From contig JBODTK010000136.1 in assembly GCA_050613775.1 (NCBI GenBank), positions 310,001 to 374,000 on the forward strand: DNA of 64,000 bases, given 5' to 3'. Positions 15,100-29,143 of the stretch are shown piece after piece. The first letter of the stretch is position 1, and every line of letters starts with the position of its first letter. The notes under the pieces were generated by a model. The model did no database searches, was not told the origin of the DNA, and worked only from the letters and a program-made list of their open reading frames with translations. The translations under genes were made by a program, and so were the position numbers. This DNA is from Neocallimastix sp. 'constans'. Taxonomy: Eukaryota.

Positions 15100-15535
15100 A
15101 ATTATATATATATAGTAAATATATTAACATTTTTGTTTTTTTGTTAAAAATTTGTAAATATTTTATATATATATATATATTTCCATTAAAATTTTTCAAT
15201 ACATATTTTAATACCATTTATTTTATCAGATTCATCAGAACCTGGTTTCACTGTGAATTATCTTGTTAATCCTAATAATGATGATGGTATATTATCACCA
15301 TCTTTACCAAAAAATATATCTGCCATAAATCACTACTTATTTAATAAAAATTTAACCATCGACATATGGGATGGAGAATCAATGCATTACATTGGATCAG
15401 CAAGTATACCACTTCGACTAATTCTTCGTCAAGGAAAATCTGCTGTATCAATAACTGAAGAAATTGATATTATCTATACAGAGGTATATAAAAATATAAT
15501 TATAATAATAAAATAAATATTTGTGTTTTTCTGTA

Positions 15536-15567
<32 letters not shown>

Positions 15568-18325
15568 TTATATTATTTTATATTATTTTTTTTTACTTTT
15601 AAAGGCATAATAATAATACTTTATTTTAATGTTTATATATAAAATAATAACAACATTTATTAGTATCCAGAAGAAGATAATGCAAGATTTTCAAGAGATT
15701 TTAATTTAAATGAAGAATCTAAATATCAAAGTCCTGTAGTTAAAATATTAGGAAAACTCTACTTGAGATTAACAAATATTGGAAGAAAACCACCATCTAA
15801 TGAAACTCAATTCAAATCAGATTCATCAAATAACCAAACGCATATCATTTATGATTTTAGAACAAATTTAAAAAATAGACATTCTGATTATGTAGAAGAT
15901 GTTCAATTGGTAATATATTTAAATAATTTATATGATATTAATTAATATAAATGTTTACTTAATCCATATATTAAATGTATTTTAAATTATATTATGCATT
16001 ATATTTTTATTATTATAATATTTAATTTTATTTTGTTTTATTTTACATATACATATTATATATATATTAATTTAAATTATTAATGATATTAATATTTTTA
16101 TTTTATAATGTGTTATTATATTATATTTTTAAAATCATATTATAATGAAAAAAAAATGATAATAATAATAAAATAAAATAAATAGTTAAGAGATATAGAT
16201 AATGAACTAAATGATTTCTTAAATGATGCAGAAAACGAACGTTTAAATAAAAAGAAAAGTCGAAATGATGGAAATGATGAGGATTATAAATTAAAAATAG
16301 TAAAACAATGGTCAAAAAAGCAATCCCATATCAATAAAAATAGACCCAATCTTTATCAAAATTCTAGACAAGAAAAACAACAAGATCTAAATACTATTCA
16401 AATATTTAGAGAAAGAAAAAAGCATTCCTATATAAATCAATGGTTAGAAAAGCAAATTACCACAATCTATACTATTTATCCATCACTTGGAAGAGTTTAT
16501 TTCTTTGAATATATGTTCACTAATCCATATCCAAATGATCATGTATTCCAAATAGAATTTGATGATGAAAACTTAAGGTATTAAGCATTTCAAAATATAT
16601 GTATAAATATTTATCATATCATATAAATAAAAGAAATATAGAAATTTAAAAAATCATCATTGAAATTTATTTTAATATAGAAAAAATTAAAATAAATAAA
16701 TTAATAAAATTTTAATATATCATTTATGAATTATTAATCTCTATTAAAACTCTCTATATAACTTCCTTAAATATATATATATGTATATTTATTATAACAA
16801 ATTAAATAAAAACTATAAAAAATAAAATAAAATAAAATAAAATAAAAACAATAATAAAAAAAAAGAGTTGTTTCTGAAATAATGGAATGGAAATTATTAA
16901 GAAAAATGTATAATATTCATACTGGAGCAGTAGATGATCGTTTAATTAATATACGTCAACCCGATGGAACCATTGAATTATTTATGTTTGGTAACGAAAC
17001 AGTTACCATTCCATTTGTATTCCAGAGCTATGCTATAACAGGAGCAGAAAAAGAAGGTAGGGTTGATCCAGCTATTTCAACCGCTATTTACTCTTATCAA
17101 AATCCAATTGAATTAAAGAAAGGAACACTTATTGACCCATCAAGTTATAATTTAAATAATAATAGTCAACCTTTTATATCTAAAACAATTAATGTATGAA
17201 AATATATATATTTATTTTTATTAACCTGATTAATCATGAATATTATTCCTTTATCCATTAAAAAAAAATAAAAAAAATAAAAAAAGTTTCTAACATTAAT
17301 AGAAATAAAAATATTCATTATTTACAATTGAATTAACTTTTTTTTTTAATATTATTACAGGTTATGTTTTTAAATAACAATGGTAAGCCAGTTTCACTTT
17401 TAGATATTATTGTTTGTCCTCAAGGTTATATTGTAGATCGTAGTTTTAGATTTAATAAGACTGAAAATGAAATTTTGAGAAAAACAATTCGTTTCAACAT
17501 CAGTAGTAGCCCATCTTCTGATTTAGTAGAAGGATTTTTAAAAAATAATGGAAATAAAAACTCAGGAAATCATAATCGTAATAACAGTAATTCACAAAAG
17601 AAAAGAAATAATAAATCTAGAAAAGATTCATCAACAAATAACGAAAAATTTGTTTGTTCAAATCTCAATGAAGTTGCCAGTTCTATTTCAAATATTAATG
17701 TAAATATAAATTATATATATATATATATATTTTTTTTTCTTGCTAAAAAAAAAAAAAAAAAAGGAATAATACATTAGTATATTTAAAATACTATAAATAA
17801 AATAAAATTTTTTATTTATTTATAAAATATTATATTATATATAATTTTTTAGTCATGTACAAAGGAAGTTTCATTTAAATATAAAAGTTTTGGTTCACAT
17901 AATGAAAGAGTATTCTATCTATTTTTTTATGATGATCCATATTTAATTTCACTAAATGAAATTTGGAGAATATTTATTCATCCTGTTCAAAGGTAATAAT
18001 TATTTAATATATTATAAATATTATATAAGTATTTATTCTATTAAAATAATTATATATATTTAAGAATAATAGTATCATTTTTTTCTTTTTTTTCTTTTTT
18101 TTTTTTTTTATAAAAAAATACATATAATATGGTCACTAATAAATAATTTTTTTAAATTGAATATTTTATTAGAATTGATATTAATTGTATTTTAGGTCAG
18201 ACAAATACAACCAACTTAGTTATAAAAGGTTTATCAACCCCAACCGCAATGCAATGCTTTAGTAATAAATGTGATGAATTAATGGTAAGGAAATAATAAC
18301 ATCATTTTTATATATTTAATTAAAT

Positions 18326-18367
<42 letters not shown>

Positions 18368-19241
18368 AATAATATTATATTATAATTATATTATACATTA
18401 TACATCTATTTATAAAACAAAACAAAAAAACATAAAAAATATATATATATATATATAATATTAGGTTAATCCATTTACACCATTCGTTATGCCAGCTAAT
18501 GCTTTATCTGAAATTAACTTAAATGTAAAACCAAAATATGTTGGATTAAGTGAAACTTTACTAAATATTGTTGGTACATATCAACTTTATAATATAAAAA
18601 AAAATCATTTAATTTAAATTTTTTATTTTTAGTGTTTATAGTAATTGATATATATATTTATATTTATATTTATATTTAAATAATTTTTTTGTTTCGTATA
18701 ATTTACATTATCAATATAATATGTTTATATATATATATATATTTTAAAGATGTTCAAAATAAAAAATTAATAAGTACATGGTCTGTCATAAGTCATAGTT
18801 CACCTCCAAACATTACTAAATCGTTTGAAATAACGTTGCCTTGTGGTCGTTATGTTAATAAGGTAATTCATAGATATCTATTTTATTACACATACAAATA
18901 TATATCTTCCAATTTCATATTAAATTTACTATTGTTCATTAAATATTAATTCCCTTCTTTTTAAAAAAATAAAAATAACAATAAATACACTAAATAATAA
19001 GCGTGTAACTTATACCAATCCATATCAACACCCAAGATTGTTCTACCTTAAAACTAATAAAGAAAGTCGTCTTAAATTTAAAGAATCAGTTCTAGAATTA
19101 AATGGTGGAGAAACGCAATATATAGGACTTCAATTTAGTCCATGTAATATAAGACAACTTGTTGAAGATCTATTAGTATTTATTAATGATGATAACGATA
19201 GAATTGAAGAATGTCTTAAAATTCGTATTAGATATGAATAA
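11043..19241 (+). CDS. NPHP4: Nephrocystin-4 (ciliary transition-zone protein); many exons
   Basis: ASLFDTKTSTFFGQTW, NERRIHIGVHNG, YFGFQFYTFP, IDIWDGESMHYIGSASIPLRLILRQGK, FEYMFTNPY, C-terminal YTNPY...LVFINDDNDRIEECLKI. Confidence 0.92.
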
Positions 19242-19272
19242 ATTGAAATTTATTATATTTAAATAATATTAT

Positions 19273-19331
<59 letters not shown>

Positions 19332-19591
19332 TTATATTTATATATATTATTTATACATAAATGTTTTATATCCAATATACATATATATATTGTACATTTG
19401 CTTTATATATATATAATAAATTATTAATTATATAAAATTTTGATAAATTATTAATAACATTACTAAACATTATTCTACTTTATAAAGAATCATTAATTGC
19501 ATAGCTAATAATTTTAATAAAAGTCTAAAATACATTGAAAAAATAATATAACAAAATAAAAAAATAAAAAAAAAAAAAAGAAAGAAAAAAC

Positions 19592-19625
<34 letters not shown>

Positions 19626-19977
19626 GATTAATTATTTAAAAACACCTAACACAAATAAAAAAAAAAAAAAAATACAAAGCACTATTTAGTATAAATTAGT
19701 AAAAAATGTAATTTTTTTTTTTTTTTTTTTTTTTTTTCTTGTATAAAATTTTCTTTGATATTAAAAAGGAATATATTAAATATAATATTTTAATATATAT
19801 ATATTAAGAATATTTATTATAATTTTTAATTTATTTTAAAATATTATTAAAATGATAAAAATTTTTATACATTATAAAAACTTAATAATTTTATTAATGA
19901 ATGTATGAATGTTGAGAATAGCTTTTTGTTGAAAGATTTTTATTATTTTATATTTTCTTTCTGAAAGCTTTTACAAT

Positions 19978-21785
19978 TTAGCATCTTCTCTTTTGAAAGG
20001 ATTTTAAATATTGACGTTCAAACCATTCAATATTTTTTTCATTACTTAAATTAGATTCAATGTTACGATAAATGTTATCATCATTATCATTATTATTTGT
20101 ATTTACTTTAAAAAGGTAATAACCCTCTAATTCACCGATTTGACCCTTTAATATATTATATATATTAATATATATATAATTATAATAAAAAAAAAAAATT
20201 TTTTATTTTATTAATATTATTTTACAATAAAAAAAAGTATCATTTTATTAATATTATTATATAATAAAAGGTAGTATATATAATATTGAATGTATTTGTT
20301 TTCTAATATAGTATAATTAAATTTAGACATTTACCCCAAAATTTAATCCTAATTTGTCTGCTAATTCTTTGGCATCAATATTATCAGCAACTTTTACTGC
20401 GTATTCATCTTGTTTTTTTTTGATTTAATAATTATAATGAAAAAATAATTATAATAAAATATGTTATTATATATTATTATATTATAATTATATAATATAT
20501 ATATAATATATATTATTATTGAGGAAAAAAAAAAGGTTTAAAAATTGGTATTTGTTAATATTTTTATTCACATATTATATATTAAATAAAATTTGATTAA
20601 TTTACTTGTATATTGTTTATCGGACATTTTTGGAGTTTTATAATTTGAATCTGTAATATTATCAAAAAAGAATATATCTGATAGAGATTTTAATTGAGAT
20701 AATAATAGTTTTGGTTTTTGAATGAATTTTACTAATTTTTGAAATTGATTATTATTATTATTATTATTATAATTATTACTGTTACTATATAATTTCGAAG
20801 ATGTAGAATACTTCAATAAATAGTTTAAAAAGACTTGAGCATCAAAACAATTAATGTACAGTTCTCTTTGGTTTTTATAGGTAGTTACAGATTTAAATAT
20901 TGAAAAAATTTCTGAATTTTCAGAGTTTTCTTCTAAGATTAGTTCTAGATAAAGTTTAATTATAATATCTTCAAGTTGATTTCGTAGAATATTATAAAAT
21001 GTTGAGCAAGGAATGGAATCCGAATTTAAAAATCTATTATTAAATTTTTGACTATTTATATTATCAGTACAACAACAATATATACAACTTTGAATTTCTT
21101 CTTGTAAAATAAGATATATATCGCTTATAGGATAATTTCGAAATAGATATTTCAAATTTCTACGATAAAAGATACTATAGTATTCTTTTGATTTAGAAGT
21201 AGAATTAATATTTGAATTTAAATTATTATATTTATTTTCTTGATAAATTTGATTATTAATTTTTTTTATAAATGATGAAATTCTAGTTGATTTCTTATTA
21301 GTATTTTGTATATTATTGAAATCTCTAATACCTATATTACCCGTATTAATAATATTTTTATTTTGACAAGCCGTTTTACAATTAAAATTAATAGTATAAT
21401 TTTTAAAAAAGCTGTGTACAATTCCAATACTTAATAAAGGATTATATAATGGTAAATAATTATTATTTATACTATTTACATTTATATTCAAAGGAATATT
21501 CTTAAAATGAAAGTCTTCCTTATTGTTTTTATTATAAGTTAAATCTTCAAAAAAATCTAATGCAAGTTCTTTATTATAATATTTATTATATTCTAATAAT
21601 AATGATTTATAATTAATATTTTCAAACTTATAATTTTTAATATTATAATAATATTTTAAGTTTGGTTCTGAACACTTTGTATAAAAAAATAGTGTAGGTA
21701 CTATATAATATAAATAAATTAATGTTAATAAGATAAAAATAATAATTTTTATTATTTTTAATGTATAGCCCACAAAAATATTCAT
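19978..21785 (-). CDS. Membrane-anchored protein ending in a kexin/furin-type peptidase S8 pro-domain, with no catalytic domain
   Basis: Exons 21785-20606, 20408-20335 and 20145-19978 join in frame through GT-AG introns. N-terminal hydrophobic helix IIKIIIFILLTLIYLYYIVPTLFF. C-terminus YTNEYAVKVADNIDAKELADKLGLNFGGQIGELEGYYLFK...IEWFERQYLKSFQKRRC*. Confidence 0.7.
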
Positions 21786-22568
21786 TTTATATGAAATAAT
21801 TTTGTATATGGAATGTATTATAAAATTTTTGTATTGATAAAATATATTATTTAAGCAAAAAGTCTATATAGAATAATATATTAACATATTTAAATAAAAT
21901 ATATTGAAAATTTATAATAATATTGATGAATTAAAACCATTAATTCAAAATTTTTTCTAAATATTTAATTGAAAAAAAAAAAAAAAAAAAAAATTATATA
22001 TTAAATATCATTATACATTTTAACATGTAACTTTTCATATTATTAATTATTTTTCTTATTTTTCTTATCTTTATTAAAACATAATATTATTAAGCATAGT
22101 CATTAAATACGTAATATGTTTAAATACTTTAATAAAAATTAATAAAAATTATAATCTTAATTTTATTTTATGTTTTATGATTTGTTATATTTTTATATAT
22201 ATATTTTTTATTTATATTTGTTTATTAAATGTTCTTATTTTAAACATAATTTTTTATTTATATAATACAAAATATAAATAAATATTTCACTCTACCTTAA
22301 TACACTGTATAAAATATTATTACTAACTTTTCCTTTTGATATATAATAAAATTCTATAATATATTATTATTAAAATTTTAATTTTATATATATATTTATA
22401 TTAATAAAAAAAAATAAAATAAAAAAACTATTTTTATATTCTATTACATAAAAGTTGTACGATTTTTTATGTATTATTTCACGTGGTATATGGCAAGATA
22501 TGTTTTTAATTAATATAGAAAGACAAATTTTTTAACTATTATTTATTTTTATTTAAATACTCTATCAT

Positions 22569-22646
22569 AAACTAATAGCTATAAAAGAAAAGAAATACAA
22601 TAACATTAAACTAATAGCTAAAAAAGACAAGAAATACAATAACATA
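22569..22646. repeat. ~39-bp direct tandem duplication
   Basis: aaactaatagctataaaagaaaagaaatacaataacatt is followed by aaactaatagctaaaaaagacaagaaatacaataacata. Confidence 0.8.
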
Positions 22647-23870
22647 AAGTAAGAAGCCTTTGCTAGAAAACCTTGTAAAAACTAATTAATTTTATATAAA
22701 TTATTTCATAGCCTTAATTATTATTATTATTGTATCAATTATATCCCTACATTATCTTTATTACAAATTTTATTATTATTACACTATGCTACATTACATC
22801 AACTATACATTATATCAATATTAATTTTGTATATTTAATATTATAAAGGAATATATGAATTTAATTTTATTAATATGTAAAGTCACATCATATAAAATAT
22901 ATAAAATTTAATCTTTAAAACAGTTATTTAATTTATAATTTTTTTTTTTAGGATTTTTAATAATTTTGGAACTATTATTTTAACATTAATAATTAATTAT
23001 TAAATTTAAAAAATTTTTTTTCTTTATACTGTAAAAATATAAAATATAATGAAATTAATATTTCCTCCTAATTATCATTAAATTCTTTTGAATTCAATGT
23101 GATAATTATCTTCATCTAATTTTTATTTAAATAATAATGAATAACTATCATAAATAAATAAATATTAAGAATCAATTTCTAAATATTTATTATTTAAAAT
23201 TCATTATTGAATTATTTAATTATATAATATTATTTTATTTAAAAATAGTAATCATAATAATTATAAAAACAAATTACTATTACTAATAATTTATTATATA
23301 TTATATTAAATATATATATATATATTTCAATCTGGTTAATCTGGTTCCTGTTTATTATTTTATAATTTTATTATTTATTAACATCAATATTTATTACCAG
23401 CATCTTTTTTAATTACTTTATTATTATATAATATTTTGCACACATAGAGAATAGAATTTCATTGATATTCAATTTATATCATTTATATCTAATATTAATT
23501 ATTTTACAAAGTAATAGCAATATGCAAATAGTAATAAAATAGAATATTTTTTACAAAACTTTTTAGCTTATATTTTTTTTATGTTTGTGTTTATGTTATT
23601 ATTTGTATATAAAAACAGTTTTAAAATAAATAAAGCAAATAATTAAAATTTATTATTTCTTAATACAAATAAAAATTAAATCCAGTATAGATTATAGTTT
23701 AATATATCCAAAAAACATACTATAAAAATTTGATAAAGAAAGTGGTATATAATAAAGTTTCTTTTTAATCAAAATTCATTACTATATTCTTATATCAATA
23801 AAATAGAAATTCATAATAATTCACCATTCAAGTATAAATCTTTAAGAGTATTAATTATAAATAAATACTT

Positions 23871-24054
23871 AATTATTTATAGTATAAATGGTATAAATGT
23901 ATATATTTTTTAAAAAAAAATTATCTTTACATTATTTGAAAATTAATAGTAAAGTTAATTTTATTTCATATTAAAATTTTCAAATAATGTAAAGATAATT
24001 TTTTTTTTAATAAATATATACATTAATACTATAAATAATTAACTTTACTATTAA
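23871..24054. repeat. ~70-bp inverted repeat with short spacer (fold-back duplication)
   Basis: aaaaaaattatctttacattatttgaaaatt and its reverse complement ttttcaaataatgtaaagataattttttt. The match extends out to aattatttatagtat / atactataaataatt. Confidence 0.8.
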
Positions 24055-24799
24055 TAACAAAAATTGAATAATTTATTTATTAATAATTTAAAAAATTTAC
24101 CAGAATAATAGAATATATGAGATTTTTTAATAATTTAAAAATTAAATATAGTTTATATAATACTATTAGAATAAAATTCAATTTAAATTGTTAACAATTT
24201 ATTTATTTTGAAATATATTATTTGTAGTAATAAAAAATATTTATAAAATATATATATAGTAATAAATATAGAACTTTAATTTGTATTAAGTATATTAATT
24301 TAGTTATAAAAATATTAAGTATATAATATAAAAATAAAAAAATGAATATTAATTGTATAATTCAAAATAAATATAAATTTAAAAATTATTTGAGATTAAT
24401 ATATAAATATATTTCAATTTTAATTTTTATTTAATATTATTTCATTTTCTTTTAATTTATTATTTTTATTTATTTATTTATTGTTTATGATTTATTGCAA
24501 ATTATGAATTATGAATATGGATTAATGGATTTTATATAAATTATATAATGTATATATATGCTTTATAATATTTAAAATTTCTATTCCAATATATTTTAGT
24601 TCTATTTTTAACTTTATTTAGTTTTATTGTTACAATAAAATATTATTTTTATTTGGTATTTTTTTTTTTTAATTGAACTTCATTTCTATTGTTAAGGATT
24701 AAGTAGATGTTTTAAATGAATAAATCTACATATATTTATGCTGTATAGTATAATATCATGAGATATGTACACTCTGAATAAATTTATTCTACGCCATGG

Positions 24800-25496
24800 G
24801 GAAGTGTAGTTCCAAAATTTTCATTTTCAGAAAGTTGCATTTCGGAAAATTAGTATAAAAAATTTTTTTTCGGAAAGTTGCGTTTCACAAAGATGCATTT
24901 CATAAATTTTAAATAAATTAATAAATAAATAATAAAGTAAATAAATAATAAATATATAATAATAATGTAAGTAAATAAAAAATTATAAATAACAAGTAAT
25001 TTAATAGATATTTTTTTTTTCCAATAAATAAAAATATAAAATAAAAATAGGTATTAATTTAAAATATTTTTCTTATTATTTAATCAATAAATAAAAATAA
25101 AAATAATAATAAAATTTAATAATAATGAATATCAATTGAAAAATAAAATATTTAAATAGGAAATATTAATTATTCAAATATTATTTTTTAATTTTAATAA
25201 TTTTATTTTAAATTATTATCTTTATGCATTTTTTTAATTCTTAATATTTATTTTTATATATATATACATAAAATTATTAATTATATATATAATTTTAAAT
25301 TATAAAATGTTGAGATAACATAAATTTTTTTTTTTAAAAATTTATTTTTAAATTTATTTATTTATTATATTTTTATTTATTTAGTTATTTATTAATATTA
25401 TATATATTATTTATTTGTTTTATAACAAATTTATTTATTTATTAACTTTTAAAAATTACGAAATGCAACTTTCCAAAATGAAAATTTTCACACTCC
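24800..25496. mobile_element. Non-autonomous DNA transposon (MITE/fold-back, possibly Mutator-like)
   Basis: Left end ggaagtgtagttccaaaattttcattttcagaaagttgcatttcg. Reverse complement of the right end is ggagtgtgaaaattttcattttggaaagttgcatttcg. The gaaagttgc motif is repeated internally. No ORF. Confidence 0.7.
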
Positions 25497-27632
25497 AGAC
25501 TATTCGATTTTAATACTTAAATTTAAGATAGCTACTAAACAATTTTGTGTTAAAGAAATAAAATATGTTTTTTTTTTCATTATTTATTTTAAATATGTCT
25601 GGAATAAATAATAAATTCTAAACCTATTGATAAATAAAATAAAAAAATAAAATAAAATAAAATAAAATTATTGGTAAATAACTTTAAAACATATTAAAAT
25701 TAAATATTTATTATTAATTTTCTGAATTTATGATTTTATAAATTTTCAATTTTCAATTTCTATTTGAAAATATTTATTACCATTTTTATTTTTTTGTACT
25801 TTCAAAAAAAATGCCGCTTTTATATATTTTTATTCTTACAGTAATTAATTAAAATAATAATTAACAAATAAAGGGAAAAATAAAATAAATTTAAAAATAT
25901 AAAATAAAATTAAACTGTTAAACTAATAATTAATAATTAATTTTTCTTTTTTTTTTTTTTTGAGGTAAATAATTACCTTTAAACTAATTTTTTTTTTGAA
26001 GTATAGCAATTTAAATATAAATGTAAATATTAATATTATTTAGAATAATAATATTTTTTAAAAATAAAAAAAAAAACTTTTTTATTATTAATTGTATTAA
26101 ACTTTTTTTTTCTTTTGCAGGCCTTTATCTTTAATAAAATATATATTTGAAAATTTTTAATTCATTTTTTTCTATAATATGTTGGCAATGAAGTATTGGT
26201 TTTTTTTATATTAATTATACTTTATTAATACATATTTTAATGTATTTTGTAATACATAATATAATACATATTGAAATACATATTGTAATACATATGTTAT
26301 AATAGATTTATCTAGAATTAAAAACTCAATATTTCAAACTTAATACAAAATGATATATAATAAATGATTTATATTATTTATTAATTCATTTATTATATTG
26401 CATTTTACAGTATATAAAATTTCATAAATCTTTATTATGTAACAATTTATTAAGTCATTCCTGTTTTAAATTAAATGTAATACCCTTATGAATTTAACCA
26501 ATTATGGAAATAATTTTTATATCTTTATAATCCGAGAATTCTAAGAATATATACTATTTATTATTTATTAAAATTCTCATTTCTATTGAACATAAATACA
26601 TTATTTATAAAAATTGATTATTATAGTAAAGTTATTATCTTATTTACATATCAATGGTAATTTGTACAAAAATTAATGTAATACTATTAAATTATCATGT
26701 GGCGTAAATATTTCATATCTTGAAATTTTGTATATTTCAACTATTTTAGTTTTTAATTAATAAAATTTCAAATAAATATAATATATAAATATATTAATGA
26801 AGTATAATTGAAATTGATCAATTTTTTTCGATTATTACAATCAATTAAATATTAATTAAATAATAAAAGTTTAACCAATATTTATAAATTAAATAATAAA
26901 TACCAATATTTATAATTTAAATAATAAATAATATAAAAATTTATAAATTCTATATACTAATAATAATTATTACGGATTAGAATATTTAATAATTACAAGT
27001 TATTGTAAATTATTTAATTTAAAGTTGGTTTATCTCATATATAATATTAATAATTATATTAAATAAAGTTATTAAAAAAAGTTAATAGATAGATTCATAA
27101 TAATAAATTTAAACTTTATTTCATTGTTTTATACTAATATATATATATTAATGTGTAACGTTCAATCAAATAATAAAAATATTAAATTAATTTAATATAA
27201 AATTATATTTATCAAAAAGATTAATATTATTACCACTTTTTTATATTTATTTATTTTTTGTTTTTTTTTTTTTTAAATAGAAAATTTATATATATATCTT
27301 TTTTAGATTTTAATTTAATTATGATATAATAATAGTATTAGTTAATATATTTTTATAAAATATTATTATATAACAATTCATAATATCCTATAAAATTAAT
27401 ATAATCATATTACTTAAATTATATATTATTAATTATTTATACTCTATTATTATTTATATATATTAATTGATATATTATAAATTATGTTCATATTTTTTTT
27501 TATATATAAATACAAAATTTTTCTTTTATTTTAATTTTTTATCATCAATATTTATAAACTCTAAATAATTAAATAAATAAAGCAATTATAATAAAATAAT
27601 TTTATATATATATATATTTTATAAATATAAAC

Positions 27633-28358
27633 ATGAACAAGTACGCTTTCTTCTACTTCTTTGCTTTACTTGCTTTAGCTGTAAATATATATCTATTATA
27701 AAAGAAAATAAAGATATAATTTAATATATTTAAAATATATTATTATAATGTTTATTAGGAATAGTGATGAAAAAAGTACTAAAAATAGAATAAAAAAAAA
27801 TAATTTAAATTAATTTTTATTTTAAATTATGATTTTCAAAAATAAATGTGATAAAATATGTTTGATATTAAAGTCTAATAAAAATTATTAATTATATATA
27901 AATAGTACGCTCAAGGTACAAAGTCAATTCCAGAAGATGCCCTTAAAGGATCTTCCAATTCTCAAGATTCCCAAGATGCTCCAGCTAAGGCACTTCCAAG
28001 TTCTGGTACTACTAAGACTACTAAGGCTCCACCAAGTGAATTCCTTTCATCTATTTCTGCTAATAGACCAGCTAAGACTATTCCACCAGAAGCTCAATCA
28101 ACCCCAGCTACTGGTACTACTAAAACTACAGCTGGTAATGCTGGATCTAGTAATGCTGGATCTAGTAATGCTGGATCTGGAGCCCTTGGTGCTGGTGTAG
28201 CTGCTGGTGCCGCTGGTGCTTCTGCTAGCAGTAGTTCAGCTGCTGCTACCCCAACTGCCGCTGGTAACTTTACTGAAACTGATATTAACAGTGGTTCTTC
28301 TAAGGTTGCTGGTACTTTATTAGCTGCTATTGTTGCTGCTATTATGGCTTTATATTAG
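27633..28358 (+). CDS. Small secreted Ser/Thr/Ala/Gly-rich protein, probably GPI-anchored (2 exons, ~166 aa)
   Basis: Exon 1 27633-27680 MNKYAFFYFFALLALA; exon 2 27906-28358 YAQGTKSIP...NAGSS repeats...NSGSSKVAGTLLAAIVAAIMALY*. Has a signal peptide and a hydrophobic C-terminal tail. GC content is above background. Confidence 0.85.
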
Positions 28359-28908
28359 ATTAATATTTAAAATTTGATATTTTATTATTAATTTAGTACA
28401 GTAAATATCAAAATGTTTTGATATTTAAAAATATTTTTTTTATACGAATAGATAAAAAAAACATTTATAGTAATATTTTTATTAGAGTATGAAATTTTTA
28501 GTTTTAAAATTTCAAATTGAACTAAAGCGTTAAAGAAGTTTGGAAGAAAATAAATATTTTTTTATTAAATAGGAAAAATATTGCATACTTCAATGATTAT
28601 TTCGCATTAATTTCATAAAAAAAAATATAAAATAATTCAATATTTAAATTATTTATTAAATTATTATCTAATAATAATAAAAAATGAAAGTAAAACATTT
28701 TTTATTTAAAAAAAAAAAAAAAAGTTGTATTATAAAAAAATTAAAATCGATAATTAAAAATAAAAGAAAGTATGAATTATTAAAAAAGTTTATATGGGTG
28801 TTGAATATAATTAAAATGTTTTATTTATTGGTAATTTAGGTAATTTAATATGTATTTTTATTGGTAACTTAGGTAATTTGATATGTATGAGTTAATTATG
28901 AATATTAA

Positions 28909-28929
28909 GGAAGTGTATTCTCTTCCCTG

Positions 28930-28965
<36 letters not shown>
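28909..28965 (+). mobile_element. Extremely 5'-truncated copy of non-LTR family A (3' terminus plus poly(A))
   Basis: ggaagtgtattctcttccctgtct followed by ~33 A, identical to the termini at ~31350-31373 and ~31630-31653. Confidence 0.9.
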
Positions 28966-28968
<3 letters not shown>

Positions 28969-29143
28969 GAAGTGGTAAAAATTATTCAAAAGCAATTATG
29001 TAGTTAATTATAATAGTATTAATAGGAAATAGGTATTATAATTATAGTAATAGTGAAAATAGTGATAACTTTACCACTAGGCAGTATTATTTGAACATGT
29101 GTCAATAAATTATGAAAATAAGGATACTTATCTTGAGGTCGAA
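28966..29143 (+). mobile_element. Degenerate older LINE fragment (host C), continuing at 31682-~31745
   Basis: An Asn/Ser-rich coding-like tract is followed by tatcttgaggtcgaa. This resembles ttcttggaggtcgaag (LLGGR) in the C-terminal region of element B at ~35241. Confidence 0.45.

Noticed and set aside
27937..28200. 87-aa ORF in the track
   Set aside because: Off-frame shadow of the spliced GPI-like gene.
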